Positions 42,562 through 53,150 of a stretch of DNA of 64,000 bases are shown here, piece after piece; within the stretch, counting starts at the first letter, position 1, and each line of letters opens with the position of its first letter. Origin of the DNA: Candidatus Latescibacterota bacterium (GTDB taxonomy: Bacteria > Latescibacterota > CBDEFO01); assembly GCA_965237525.1 (NCBI GenBank), contig CBDEFO010000006.1:224001-288000 (forward strand). The letters are read 5' to 3'. Below the pieces are notes generated by a model, which did not search any database, had not been told where the DNA came from, and worked only from the letters and a program-made list of their open reading frames with translations. Position numbers and translations under genes: made by a program.

Positions 42562-43059
42562 ATGAAATGTCCCTATTGTGAGTCTGTGGAGGATAAAGTA
42601 GTAGATTCAAGATCGAACAAGGAAGAAAACGCGATCAGGAGGAGGAGGGAGTGTCTATCGTGCGGGAGGAGGTTCACGACATATGAGTACGTGGAGCTTT
42701 ACAAGACAGATGTGATAAAGTCTGACGGTAGGAGAGAGCCTTTCATCCGTGATAAGGTATTTAACGGGATAAGGATCGCCTGCACGAAAAGGTCTATATC
42801 CATAACTCAGATGGAGGATCTTGTAGATGCAGTAGAGCTTGAGATCAGAGCTCTGGGCGAAAGGGAAGTGAGCACCAAAGTGATCGGTGAGCTGGTTATA
42901 TCGAAATTGAAGGACATAGATGAAGTCGCTTACGTGCGCTTCGCCTCCGTCTACAGGGATTTCAAGGATAAGGGAGAGTTCTTGGCCGAACTGAGAAAGA
43001 TGGGAGAAGTAGAGGATCAGTTCTATATATGGAGCCAGAGTGAAGAGAGTAAGAGTTAG
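42562..43059 (+). CDS. nrdR: Transcriptional repressor NrdR
   Basis: MKCPYC...IRRRRECLSCGRRFTTYE Zn ribbon, ATP cone, VAYVRFASVY. Confidence 0.97.
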   Translation: MKCPYCESVEDKVVDSRSNKEENAIRRRRECLSCGRRFTTYEYVELYKTDVIKSDGRREPFIRDKVFNGIRIACTKRSISITQMEDLVDAVELEIRALGEREVSTKVIGELVISKLKDIDEVAYVRFASVYRDFKDKGEFLAELRKMGEVEDQFYIWSQSEESKS

Positions 43060-43139
43060 GTTCAATATATCTTGTACATCTGTGGCTTGAAGCACCAGCT
43101 ACGCATATGCAATAACTCCACAAACAGAGGTGAAACGAA

Positions 43140-43523
43140 ATGGCAGTCAAGATCTGGAAAATAGCTCTGCTGGTGAGTGATATGAAAAAGTCAAAAGATC
43201 TCTACGTCAATAAGTTTGGATTCAAGGTGACCGAACGGATGGATCTGGGAGAGAAGGGAGAAGTGCTCTTTCTGGATGCAGGCGATGTTAAGTTGGAACT
43301 CATATCCGCCGCTGCATTTGAGGGAGTCGAGGGATTGGACCGCCCAGGAGTACATCACATCTCTTTTCAGGTTGATGATGTTGAAGCTACGACTGAAGAG
43401 TTCAGAGGAAAGGGCATTTCGGTTATAAAGGAACCCTTCGAACCCATTGAGGGGATGACCCTTGCGTTCTTCGACGGCTTGGACAGCGTCAATCTGCAGC
43501 TCTTTCACCACGAGAAAGGGTAG
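43140..43523 (+). CDS. VOC/glyoxalase family protein
   Basis: LELI, GVHHISFQVDDV, paired beta-alpha-beta-beta-beta pattern. Confidence 0.85.
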   Translation: MAVKIWKIALLVSDMKKSKDLYVNKFGFKVTERMDLGEKGEVLFLDAGDVKLELISAAAFEGVEGLDRPGVHHISFQVDDVEATTEEFRGKGISVIKEPFEPIEGMTLAFFDGLDSVNLQLFHHEKG

Positions 43524-43539
43524 TAGTTATTAAGCAGAT

Positions 43540-43596
43540 CTGAGAAAGATGGGAGCAGTAGAGGATCAGTTCTATATATCGAGCCAGAGTGAAGAG
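43540..43596 (+). repeat. 57-bp copy of the nrdR 3' end (42991-43047)
   Basis: Direct repeat with 2 mismatches. Confidence 0.9.
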
Positions 43597-43628
43597 GATA
43601 ACGGTTAAGTTGATCGGAGGTATTTATT

Positions 43629-43885
43629 ATGAAGGATAAAAAACAGTCTGTTAACTCATTGCTGGATATGCTAACCGGCAGAAAACCGAAAGATAAGACA
43701 CAGTCTGAGAACCCTTCGCATGGCATTCTAGGCAGCTTAATAAAGGAAGATAAAGCACAGTCTGGAAACCCCTCGCATGGCATTCTAGGCAGCTTAATAA
43801 AGGAAGATAAGACACAGTCTGAAACCCAGTGCTGGGTATTCTAGCCAGCAGAAAACCGGAAGATAAAGTAAAGTCTAAAGAATGA
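43629..43885 (+). repeat. 57-bp tandem repeat (about 4.4 units) encoding a 19-aa-repeat small protein, 1-nt frameshift
   Basis: Unit starts at 43635, 43692, 43749, 43806, 43862; GGAGG RBS and ATG at 43629. Confidence 0.75.
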
Positions 43886-43954
43886 ATTTCTGAAAAAACT
43901 AGCTGGGATGAATAGAAAACAGGATAACTAGACCAGATAAAATGGGGGTCCAAG

Positions 43955-46678
43955 ATGCCGTCAACCGGTAAGGATTTAAAAGTCAAAGGTTTAAAGATAG
44001 ACAGGATGTACACAACCGTGGGAGTACATCCCTTCGATGCGATAGAGTGGGAGGAGAGGGACGCTTCGATTACGAACGAAAAGGGGGAGGTTATATTCGA
44101 GCAGAAGGAGGTCGAGGTCCCCAAGTCCTGGTCTCAGCTTGCTTTGAACGTGGTTGCCTCCAAGTATTTCAACGGGAAGATGGACTCTCCAGGCAGAGAA
44201 AGGAGCGTAAAGCAACTGATAAACCGGGTCTCAAGGACCATCGCCGACTGGGGGATAAAGGACGGCTATTTTGCATCTGAGGAGGACGGCGAGTCGTTCT
44301 ACGACGAATTGACCCACCTTTTAGCCAATCAGATGGTATCTTTCAACAGCCCGGTGTGGTTCAACATCGGGATTGAGTCCAAGCCTCAGGCCTCAGCGTG
44401 CTTTATCAATTCCGTCTCGGACACTATGGAGTCTATCTTAGGGCTCGCCAAGACCGAGGGTATGCTCTTCAAGTGGGGCAGTGGCACGGGGACGAACCTT
44501 TCGCCAATTAGAAGTTCCAAAGAGAATCTCTCCTCAGGCGGCATTGCGTCCGGTCCTGTGTCGTTTATGAAGGGGTACGACGCCTTTGCGGGAGTCATAC
44601 GCTCAGGAGGCAAGACAAGGAGAGCCGCCAAGATGGTGGTCCTGAACATAGATCATCCCGACATCGTGGAGTACATAAACTGCAAGGTGAACGAGGAAAA
44701 GAAGGCGTGGGCTTTAATAGACGCAGGATACGACGGCTCGTTCAACGGCGAGGCCTACGGCTCGATATTCTTCCAGAACTCCAACAACAGCGTCAGAGTC
44801 ACAGATGCCTTTATGAACGCTCTATTGGACGACGAAGAGTGGCAGACCAGGGTTGTGACCACCTTAGAGGTGATGGACACTTACAGGGCACGTGATTTGA
44901 TGAAAATGACCTGCGAGAGCGCGCACGTCTGCGGAGACCCGGGCCTCCAGTTCGATACGACTACCAACAGGTGGAACACGTGCAAAGAATCAGCCAGAAT
45001 CAACGCCTCTAACCCCTGTTCGGAATTCGTCTTTTTAGATGATACGGCCTGCAACCTCTCCTCTCTAAACCTCATGAAATTCAGGGACTCAGACGGGGAG
45101 TTCGATATAGAGTCGTTCTGCCACGCTGTGGATATTATGATAACTGCCCAGGAGATAATCGTCTCTAACGCCAGCTATCCGACCGAGGCGATAGAAGAAA
45201 ACAGTCACAAGTTCAGACCCCTGGGGTTGGGCTATGCGAACTTAGGCGCACTCTTGATGACAAAGGGTATGCCCTACGACAGCGAAGAAGGCAGAGCATA
45301 CGCAGGGGCTATCACTGCTCTGATGACGGGGAGGGCTTACAGGCAGTCGGCTATTATAGCAGGCAGGATAGGTCCATTTGAGGAGTTTGCAAAAAACAAG
45401 AAGCCGATGCTGGCTGTGATAAAGATGCACGGCGATCACGTGGATAACATAGACAGAGAGCTCCTCTCCAAAAAGCTCTGGGACACAGCTAAAGAGACGT
45501 GGAACGAGACCTACGAGTTAGGCCAGAAATTAGGCATCAGGAACGCTCAGGCGACGGTGCTGGCCCCTACGGGGACGATAGGATTTATGATGGACTGCGA
45601 CACGACAGGTGTTGAGCCTGATATAGCGTTAGTCAAGTACAAAAAACTCGTCGGAGGCGGACTCTTAAAGATAGTGAACGGGGCAGTTCCCGAGGCTCTG
45701 AAGAAGCTGGGGTACGATGAGAACGAAGTTAGATCTATTGTGGACTATATAGATCAAAGAGACACTATAGAGGGCGCGCCGGGGCTAAAGGACGAACATC
45801 TTCCCGTGTTCGACTGCGCCTTCCGTCCTCAGAAAGGCGAAAGGTCCATCCACTACATGGGACACGTCAAGATGATGGGAGCTGTACAGCCGTTCCTGTC
45901 CGGGGCGATCTCCAAGACCGTGAACATGCCCCAGGAGGCAACCACAGACGATATTACGGAGACCTACATCGAGGCGTGGAAGTTGGGCTTAAAAGCGATT
46001 GCGATATACAGGGACGGCTCCAAAAAGAGCCAGCCCCTGAACACGGGTCTGGACACTGACGATAAGAAAGAGGAAAAGAGGGAGGAAGAGCAGGAGAACG
46101 TAAGGATCGAGTACAGACCTGTCAGAAGGAGGCTTCCCGACGAGCGGAATGCGATCACGCACAAGTTCAGTGTAGCAGGACAGGAAGGATATATCACTGT
46201 AGGGATGTACGAGGACGGATCTCCGGGGGAGATATTCCTGGTGATGTCGAAGGAGGGTTCCGTAGTATCAGGACTTATGGACTCCTTTGCAACGGCGATC
46301 TCGATAGCGCTGCAGTATGGGGTGCCCCTGCGGACGTTGGTGGACAAGTTCAGCCATATGCGCTTTGAGCCTGCGGGCTTCACAAACAATCCCGACATCC
46401 CGATGGCCAAGTCCATTATAGATTATATCTTCAGATGGCTGGGGAAAAAGTTCCTTCCTGAAGAAGATCAGAATCCGGGCGACAACGGGAATAATACAGA
46501 ATCCGACCTCTTACACAAAGAGAACGGGATGACGATGAAAGAGGTGGAGATGCGGGAGAAGGAGGTATTCCTGACTCAGGCCGACGCCCCTGCCTGCCAC
46601 GAGTGCGGAGCCATAATGGTCAGGAACGGATCGTGCTACAAGTGCCACAACTGCGGGGCTACTAGTGGGTGTTCGTAA
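43955..46678 (+). CDS. nrdJ: Class II (adenosylcobalamin-dependent) ribonucleotide reductase
   Basis: FNSPVWFN, SACF, NPCSEF, APTGT, TSCPD-like domain, C-terminal Zn ribbon ending GATSGCS. Confidence 0.95.
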   Translation: MPSTGKDLKVKGLKIDRMYTTVGVHPFDAIEWEERDASITNEKGEVIFEQKEVEVPKSWSQLALNVVASKYFNGKMDSPGRERSVKQLINRVSRTIADWGIKDGYFASEEDGESFYDELTHLLANQMVSFNSPVWFNIGIESKPQASACFINSVSDTMESILGLAKTEGMLFKWGSGTGTNLSPIRSSKENLSSGGIASGPVSFMKGYDAFAGVIRSGGKTRRAAKMVVLNIDHPDIVEYINCKVNEEKKAWALIDAGYDGSFNGEAYGSIFFQNSNNSVRVTDAFMNALLDDEEWQTRVVTTLEVMDTYRARDLMKMTCESAHVCGDPGLQFDTTTNRWNTCKESARINASNPCSEFVFLDDTACNLSSLNLMKFRDSDGEFDIESFCHAVDIMITAQEIIVSNASYPTEAIEENSHKFRPLGLGYANLGALLMTKGMPYDSEEGRAYAGAITALMTGRAYRQSAIIAGRIGPFEEFAKNKKPMLAVIKMHGDHVDNIDRELLSKKLWDTAKETWNETYELGQKLGIRNAQATVLAPTGTIGFMMDCDTTGVEPDIALVKYKKLVGGGLLKIVNGAVPEALKKLGYDENEVRSIVDYIDQRDTIEGAPGLKDEHLPVFDCAFRPQKGERSIHYMGHVKMMGAVQPFLSGAISKTVNMPQEATTDDITETYIEAWKLGLKAIAIYRDGSKKSQPLNTGLDTDDKKEEKREEEQENVRIEYRPVRRRLPDERNAITHKFSVAGQEGYITVGMYEDGSPGEIFLVMSKEGSVVSGLMDSFATAISIALQYGVPLRTLVDKFSHMRFEPAGFTNNPDIPMAKSIIDYIFRWLGKKFLPEEDQNPGDNGNNTESDLLHKENGMTMKEVEMREKEVFLTQADAPACHECGAIMVRNGSCYKCHNCGATSGCS

Positions 46679-46700
46679 GAACAGTACACAGTACACACAT

Positions 46701-46754
46701 TGTAGGGGCGAGGTCTACTCGCCCTAGGGGCTAGACACACGGGTCTGCCCCTAC
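46701..46754. repeat. Paired GTAG-type REP element after nrdJ
   Basis: TGTAGGGGCG...GCCCCTACA inverted ends. Confidence 0.7.
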
Positions 46755-46841
46755 AGGCACACCGTCTTGAAGAGCAGTATAAAAAGCGTCTGAAACCTAC
46801 AGGAAACAAGCGGTAGCTTACTTGGAGCACTTTCACAAAAC

Positions 46842-46904
46842 ATCGAAGTTCTGGACGCGGCCTACCGATCGGCGGAGTCCAGAAAGCCAGAGGCGGTATC
46901 GTAG
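46842..46904 (+). pseudogene. Orphan 3' tail of a Gfo/Idh/MocA gene (IEVLDAAYRSAESRKPEAVS*)
   Basis: Homologous to the end of 53151-54200. Confidence 0.75.
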
Positions 46905-46997
46905 ACTAAGTTTCTTTATGAGTTTGCTCAGCTAAAATAGATAAGAGAAATTTGGACTTTGCTTATTGCACATGGTTTTAAAAACTGGAGGTTCAAA

Positions 46998-47273
46998 ATG
47001 CCAAGAAAAGAGAGAGTTACCAAAGTAATTGATGGCGACACTTTTCACACCAACAGAAGAAGAAAACATCCGGTACGACTTGCAAATGTTGATGCTCCGG
47101 AAAAAGGGACGCGTGGAAGTGAAAAAGCGACAAATGACTTGAAAAGATTGATCGATGGACAAGAAGTTACCATCGATAAAGTAGCAACAGATAAATATGG
47201 GAGATCCGTCGCGAACGTGAAGAAGGGAAGAAGGTCAGTAAACAAAGCAATGAACGAAAAATTAAGGAATTAA
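46998..47273 (+). CDS. Small thermonuclease (SNase-like) protein
   Basis: VIDGDT, VRLANVDAPE, DKYGR; GGAGG RBS; AT-rich. Confidence 0.8.
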   Translation: MPRKERVTKVIDGDTFHTNRRRKHPVRLANVDAPEKGTRGSEKATNDLKRLIDGQEVTIDKVATDKYGRSVANVKKGRRSVNKAMNEKLRN

Positions 47274-48046
47274 AGGAATCGACTGCTTATAGTGGAACGC
47301 TCGAAAGGGTTTGGATTGACTCCCTATGCTGAAATGCTGACAATCAACGAGCTAATCCTATAGCACACAAAACCTAACAAGAAGCCGGAGCTGACGGTCC
47401 GCCACGTGGGTCAAAAGTTGTGCTCACTGGCTCAGCTTGTGGTAGTGATAACATCCGAACAGTGACAAAGCGCTCTCGTACAGAGTAGAAAGGGAAACGC
47501 AAAAGCTCTGTAGAGCAGTTTGACAGAAAGCGGATCGGTGAAAGATATTACTACCTTGGAGTCGGTTAAAAAGATTTGGGGAGCTTTTGCATAGAACTTT
47601 TTGGAAATTGAAAATGAAATGAAAAGTTTATAGTATAAGCTCCCCAAGCTCCCCAACTGAGAGCAAGCAACAAAATTGTGATTGACATCCTCACGGGAGT
47701 TTTGTATCTTCCTGTGACAAATGTAGGACTGGGTAACCCAGCCCCTGGGGCGAGACAACCTCGCCCCAGCATTGTTTTAGAACACCGTATCGTCCTACGC
47801 AGACCCGCGCGTCTGCCTCCCTCTCTTCAAGAAGCGGGACGATGTGGAGCTCGCGTCCGACCGGCGACCGGCTAGTCGTCAGGACGCAACCTGGTCCACG
47901 TGAAGAAAGGCAAGCCATTCTGTCGTTCCTGGCCCTACTGTGGAACAGTGACAGGAAATCCCTCCGGGCAACTGGGACTTCCCCCAACGTTCTCTAAAGC
48001 TTTCTGGTGGTCACGACAACCGAGTCCACAATTACGTACAGTTGCG

Positions 48047-49435
48047 ATGCGACTTGAGGTTACGGCTCTTATGGAAATGATATTGGACAGGTACTACTAC
48101 ACCCCCGATGTGGAACGGGCTCAGATCGTTCTGACGACAGAGACCTCCCATGGTGCTTCCTTCAGACTTGAAATAAACTGCCGGGCGGAGGCGTCCGAAC
48201 CGATTCCACTTGTTGAAGATCAGCAGCGGTACGCCGTCTCTGTAGATATGACCGGCTGGAAACTTGGGCGACACGTCGTCAGCGCGCATCTGGTGGACGG
48301 AGACGGACGGACACTGGCCTCGATGCATCGTGTCCTGATCAGAAAGACTATCCAACGCGCCCAGAGTCCGCCGCGCGTTGAGGAACTCGAACTGAGATCA
48401 GACGGGATCATCCTTGTCAACGGCACACCATTTTGCCTCTTTTTCGCCAGCACGGGCGAGGAGGCGCCTCCGTTCGCCCGGGATTGTTTCAATATGGCTT
48501 ACCGCACCGATTCGTGCATAGCCAACCCGCTGCAAAGACCAAGCGCTGTCGTTTCGAGGTTCGTCAGAGAAGAAGGCGAAGCGCGAATCCTGGTTCCTCA
48601 GGAAGACGATTGGCCGCGGACGGTGCGTCCCATCATTGAGGCGATGAAGGACGACGATACGTTCATCTACTGGTTCCTCCAGTACGAAGGTAACTACCCC
48701 CTGTATCGAGAGGAAGGCAGAATTCCACTGAACAATGCAGACGTATGGCACAGGCTGAACCGCCTTGTCAAGGGCATGGATTCCAGGCATCTGACCGTTC
48801 TGCAGATCGAGGGGCCGCCTTATGCCCCTTATCGGGACTCAGCCGACATCATCGAGATCGCCTGCCCGAGTTCGTATGCCCCGCAGCTCATACTGCGGCT
48901 TGTCGAAGACCTCAGAGAGATCAGGTCGCAGCTCGGCCCCGGAAAGCCCTTCATTTTGTGGATCGGCGCTTCTATCCCAAGTCCGGACAACAGGACTGCC
49001 GAAGAGATCCGATGCGCCTGCTACCTGGCGCTGATGGGGGGCGCCACTGGTCTGATCTTTCACATGGGCCATGGCGGAATCGGCCCCAAACACGCGCGGC
49101 TCTGGTCGGTATTCCCCGGCTTGTCGCGCGAGATCGAACCGTTATTTGCCATACTTACATGCCCCCAGGAATCGGATCCACTCGAGGTGGGGATAGATCG
49201 TCCGGAAATCGAATATTGCGTACGCCAATATGACGGCAAGTCGTATCTGCTGGCCGTTAACACTGCGCCTGAATCTGTCGCTGCTTCCATTTCTATTCTC
49301 AAGACGGCGTCCACATACCGGCGCGTAAGTCTCCCTTTCGAAAACAGACAGATCCAACTGGAAAAAAATGTTCTTCGCGACACCTTCACCGCTTACGAAC
49401 CGCACCTGTATGAATTCACGCCGCCGACGCGCTGA
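48047..49435 (+). CDS. Hypothetical protein, possibly a glycoside hydrolase-like TIM barrel (start uncertain)
   Basis: Long ORF; DGIILVNGTPF, TAEEIRCACYLALMGGATG, C-terminal DTFTAYEPHLY. Confidence 0.6.
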   Translation: MRLEVTALMEMILDRYYYTPDVERAQIVLTTETSHGASFRLEINCRAEASEPIPLVEDQQRYAVSVDMTGWKLGRHVVSAHLVDGDGRTLASMHRVLIRKTIQRAQSPPRVEELELRSDGIILVNGTPFCLFFASTGEEAPPFARDCFNMAYRTDSCIANPLQRPSAVVSRFVREEGEARILVPQEDDWPRTVRPIIEAMKDDDTFIYWFLQYEGNYPLYREEGRIPLNNADVWHRLNRLVKGMDSRHLTVLQIEGPPYAPYRDSADIIEIACPSSYAPQLILRLVEDLREIRSQLGPGKPFILWIGASIPSPDNRTAEEIRCACYLALMGGATGLIFHMGHGGIGPKHARLWSVFPGLSREIEPLFAILTCPQESDPLEVGIDRPEIEYCVRQYDGKSYLLAVNTAPESVAASISILKTASTYRRVSLPFENRQIQLEKNVLRDTFTAYEPHLYEFTPPTR

Positions 49436-49541
49436 GCGGGCAAGAGGATGCCGGCGGAGAGCGGTTTCGCTTAGACGGTGGAGCCGTGTGATCTCCCCTC
49501 CCCCGCTCTTTCATCCCTAACATTTCAGAAAGGAGTGCCGT

Positions 49542-50897
49542 ATGAAAGTATGGACATTCGTTCACAACCCCCTTGAACACTGGCTGGACGATTATGAACG
49601 CACTTTCGATGCCTGGCACGATGGGGGCATGAGGGGCATTGTCATTGGCCGCATGTTTTTTCAACAGGACGACGGTACACAAATTCCGACGTACCGCGCC
49701 GATCCGGCCATCTATGAATCGTTCGGCGTTGCCCCGCCTCCGGAGGCCCCGACAGATCCGGAAAAGGAACGACGTTTTCATGCGATGCTGGACGATGCCG
49801 CTGCTCGCGGCTGGCACATTATGGTCTTTGGCGGCTCCCTGGCGCAGGGGAGCAGTCTTCCTGTGGAACGGGATCCCTTTGGCGCCATCAGCGACGCTGC
49901 CTCGGCGCTGGACTTGGTCAAGGCCTACCCGCAGGTGCACGGCAAGATCATAGACGGTCCGGGAGAAAACCATTACGAGTTGGCCTTTCATCACGGCGGC
50001 CAGGTATTCGAGATACGCGAGCACGAACAGGCGATCTTCGAACAGATGGGCCTGGATACCGCCCGTATGGAGCGCGGTATAGCGCATCTGCAGAAGCGCT
50101 TTCACAATCTGACGCCGGACCTCGTACGCTATCACGCTCCGGGAGGTATGCTGGCCGCGCTCACCCTGTTCGACATCAACGAAGACGTCATCTACTGGCT
50201 GCGCGCACGACAGGAGAAGACCATAGCCTCCATGGCTGCCGTCCGCGCCGAGCTTGACAAACTGGACCGGAAGGTCGAAATCGGAGGCATCCCGCGTACA
50301 GCCGCCTTCTCTTCGCTCACCGGACAGAACTATCAGCGTCTGGGGCCTATCCTGGACTATATCTTCCCGAAGCACTATTTCTGGCATCGGGGCTTCGACG
50401 GGATGTACGGGACAATCTCGCGCTGGGTGAAGAGGCTCGCCAAATGGAATTCTACACTGACAGAAGAAGACTGCTTTACGGTTGTGAAGGCCTTTCTTGG
50501 TATCGAGCTGCCGGGCATTGGCTCGCTGACGGATATGGACGAGATAGGATTTCCTGAGGAATTCTTCACAGAAACCGTCTACAGCGAAACGAAGCGGGCG
50601 TTGGAGGCTGTTGGAGATGACGATAAAGTTATCTGCTGGGTGGACACCGGACGCGCTTCTCACGCGGGTGACCAGATGCCGCCGACAGACCTTTACCGTA
50701 TTCTACAGGCCTGCCAGCGGGCGGGGCTGAAGCGTTTTGTGCACCACTCGTCGGTCAACATGGGCGCTGCGGAATGGCGCGTTATCTCCAGGGTGTGTGG
50801 AAATCTGTGGGACGAGGACCCTGACGGCTACTGGCCGACAGGCACCGAAAAGCCCACTATGTTTAGCGGAGGTCTCACACCACCTCCTGAAGACTGA
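49542..50897 (+). CDS. Conserved hypothetical 451-aa protein, copy 1
   Basis: Intact ORF with AGGAG RBS, duplicated at 51690-53045. Confidence 0.8.
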   Translation: MKVWTFVHNPLEHWLDDYERTFDAWHDGGMRGIVIGRMFFQQDDGTQIPTYRADPAIYESFGVAPPPEAPTDPEKERRFHAMLDDAAARGWHIMVFGGSLAQGSSLPVERDPFGAISDAASALDLVKAYPQVHGKIIDGPGENHYELAFHHGGQVFEIREHEQAIFEQMGLDTARMERGIAHLQKRFHNLTPDLVRYHAPGGMLAALTLFDINEDVIYWLRARQEKTIASMAAVRAELDKLDRKVEIGGIPRTAAFSSLTGQNYQRLGPILDYIFPKHYFWHRGFDGMYGTISRWVKRLAKWNSTLTEEDCFTVVKAFLGIELPGIGSLTDMDEIGFPEEFFTETVYSETKRALEAVGDDDKVICWVDTGRASHAGDQMPPTDLYRILQACQRAGLKRFVHHSSVNMGAAEWRVISRVCGNLWDEDPDGYWPTGTEKPTMFSGGLTPPPED

Positions 50898-51031
50898 TGG
50901 AGAGATGAATATACACGTCGCCGAATGGAGTAAGGCGGGTACCGCCCCATAACATCCTGCTGATAACGAGCTGCTTCATCCTTTAGCGTGTCACTCTATC
51001 CTGATGGCAAACTGACAGAGAAAGCTTGCAG

Positions 51032-51382
51032 ATGGCAATCGATTCACAACAGCGAAAACAGTTCGAACGCCAAGGTTATCTGATTATTCGGCGGCTGATC
51101 TCGGGAAGCGATCTGCTCGAACTTGATCGGATGATTGATCGTCTGCTCGACGGTGAACTCAAACCAGTGACGGCGTACGAAGGTTGGCTACCCGATTACT
51201 TCTATACGTTTTGGGAACCGGAGATGAAAGACCGCACGGAACTACCGCGACGCGATCGTGTTCGACTAATGTCGAACATGTACCATCACCACCCCTATTT
51301 CAGGGCCATTGGCAGCCACCCGACGATCTACGATGTGATTCCATCGTTATACCAAACCGGGGGCCAGGCCTCGTCCTCGTAG
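51032..51382 (+). pseudogene. N-terminal fragment of a PhyH-family dioxygenase
   Basis: QFERQGYLIIRRLI start; truncated before the HxD motif. Confidence 0.6.
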
Positions 51383-51689
51383 ATCAACCATGTACCGGAG
51401 GTGCTACCCTCCTTCGGGATCGAGTACACTCCGGCCAGCAATTACGGTACCAACTTCGGTTTCTTCCTGGACGCCGGCGGTGAAGACGATTACTTCGAGT
51501 TCAGTGCGGACGGGGAGCACAAAGAGGCTGAAATCTGGCGGAACGATCGCGTCTGGCAGCAGCCCGCTCCGGACGACGAGCGTTTCGGCTACAATTCGCG
51601 CGGGATCGGCATGGATGTAGAGTGGGGGCCGTTCCCGAATTCCACCGCTTCGAGCAGAGGCAAATTGACATTTCAGAAAGGACCGCCAT

Positions 51690-53045
51690 ATGAAAGTATG
51701 GAAATCCGTAGACAACCCGTTTGAACACTGGTTGGACGATTATAAGCGCACTTTCGATGCCTGGCACGACGGGGGCATGAGGGGCATTATCATTGGGCGC
51801 ATGTTTTTCCAACAGGACGACGGTACACAAATTCCGACGTACCGCGCCGATCCGGCCATCTATGAATCGTTCGGCGTTGCCCCGCCTCCGGAGGCCCCGA
51901 CAGATCCGGAAAAGGAACGACGTTTTCATGCGATGCTGGACGATGCCGCTGCTCGCGGCTGGCACATTATGGTCTTTGGCGGCTCCCTGCCGCAGGGGAG
52001 CAGTCTTCCTGTGGAACGGGATCCCTTTGGCGCCATCAGCGACGCTGCCTCGGCGCTGGACCTGGTCAAGGCCTACCCGCAGGTGCACGGCAAGATCATA
52101 GACGGTCCGGGAGAAAACCATTACGAGCTGGCCTTTCATCACGGCGGCCAGGTGTTCGAGATACGCGAACACGAACAGGCGATCTTCGAACAGATGGGCC
52201 TGGATACCGCCCGTATGGAGCGCGGTATAGCGCATCTGCGGAAGCGCTTTCACAATCTGACGCCGGACCTCGTACGCTATCACGCCCCGGGAGGTATGCT
52301 GGCCGCGCTCACCCTGTTCGACATCAACGAAGACGTCATCTACTGGCTGCGCGCACGACAGGAGAAGACCATAGCGTCCATGGCTGCCGTCCGCGCCGAG
52401 CTTGACAAACTGGACCGGAAGGTCGAAATCGGAGGCATCCCGCGCTCAGCCGCCTTCGCTTCGCTCACCGGACAGAACTATCAGCGTCTGGGGCCTATCC
52501 TGGACTACATCTTCCCGAAGCACTATTTCTGGCACCGGGGCTACGACGGGATGTACGGGACAATCTCGCGCTGGGTGAAGAGGCTCGCCCGGTGGAACCC
52601 TGTCCTGACCGAAGAAGACTGCTTTACGGTTGTGAAGGCCTTTCTTGGTATCGAGCTGCCGGGCATTGGCTCGCTGACGGATATGGACGAGATAGGATTT
52701 CCTGAGGAATTCTTCACAGAAACCGTCTACAGCGAAACGAAGCGGGCATTGGAGGCTGTTGGCGATGACGATAAAGTGATCTGCTGGGTGGACACCGGAC
52801 GTGCTTCTCACGCCGGCGACCAGATGCCGCCGACAGACCTTTACCGTATTCTACAGGCCTGCCAGCGGGCGGGGCTGAAGCGTTTTGTACACCACTCGAC
52901 GGTCAACATGGGCGCTGCGGAATGGCGCGTTATCTCCAGGGTGTGTGGAAATCTGTGGGACGAGGACCCCGACGGCTACTGGCCGACAGGTACCCAAAAG
53001 CCCACTATGTTTAGCGGAGGTCTCACACCACCTCCTGAAGACTGA
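51690..53045 (+). CDS. Conserved hypothetical 451-aa protein, copy 2
   Basis: Near-identical paralog of 49542-50897. Confidence 0.8.
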   Translation: MKVWKSVDNPFEHWLDDYKRTFDAWHDGGMRGIIIGRMFFQQDDGTQIPTYRADPAIYESFGVAPPPEAPTDPEKERRFHAMLDDAAARGWHIMVFGGSLPQGSSLPVERDPFGAISDAASALDLVKAYPQVHGKIIDGPGENHYELAFHHGGQVFEIREHEQAIFEQMGLDTARMERGIAHLRKRFHNLTPDLVRYHAPGGMLAALTLFDINEDVIYWLRARQEKTIASMAAVRAELDKLDRKVEIGGIPRSAAFASLTGQNYQRLGPILDYIFPKHYFWHRGYDGMYGTISRWVKRLARWNPVLTEEDCFTVVKAFLGIELPGIGSLTDMDEIGFPEEFFTETVYSETKRALEAVGDDDKVICWVDTGRASHAGDQMPPTDLYRILQACQRAGLKRFVHHSTVNMGAAEWRVISRVCGNLWDEDPDGYWPTGTQKPTMFSGGLTPPPED

Positions 53046-53150
53046 TGGAGAGATGAATATACACGTCAGGGCTGGGATTCCACAGGTGCAGCGCGCCCGT
53101 GTCCGCGCCTGCGGAACCTATTGTCTCCTGCATAAGGATGGAGGCTAAAG

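Noticed and set aside
43635..43885. Possible CRISPR array
   Set aside because: Contiguous 57-bp units with no unique spacers, and no cas genes.
46678..46960. Cobalamin riboswitch or intein associated with nrdJ
   Set aside because: No B12-box motif seen near the gene, and the NrdJ sequence shows no intein insertion.
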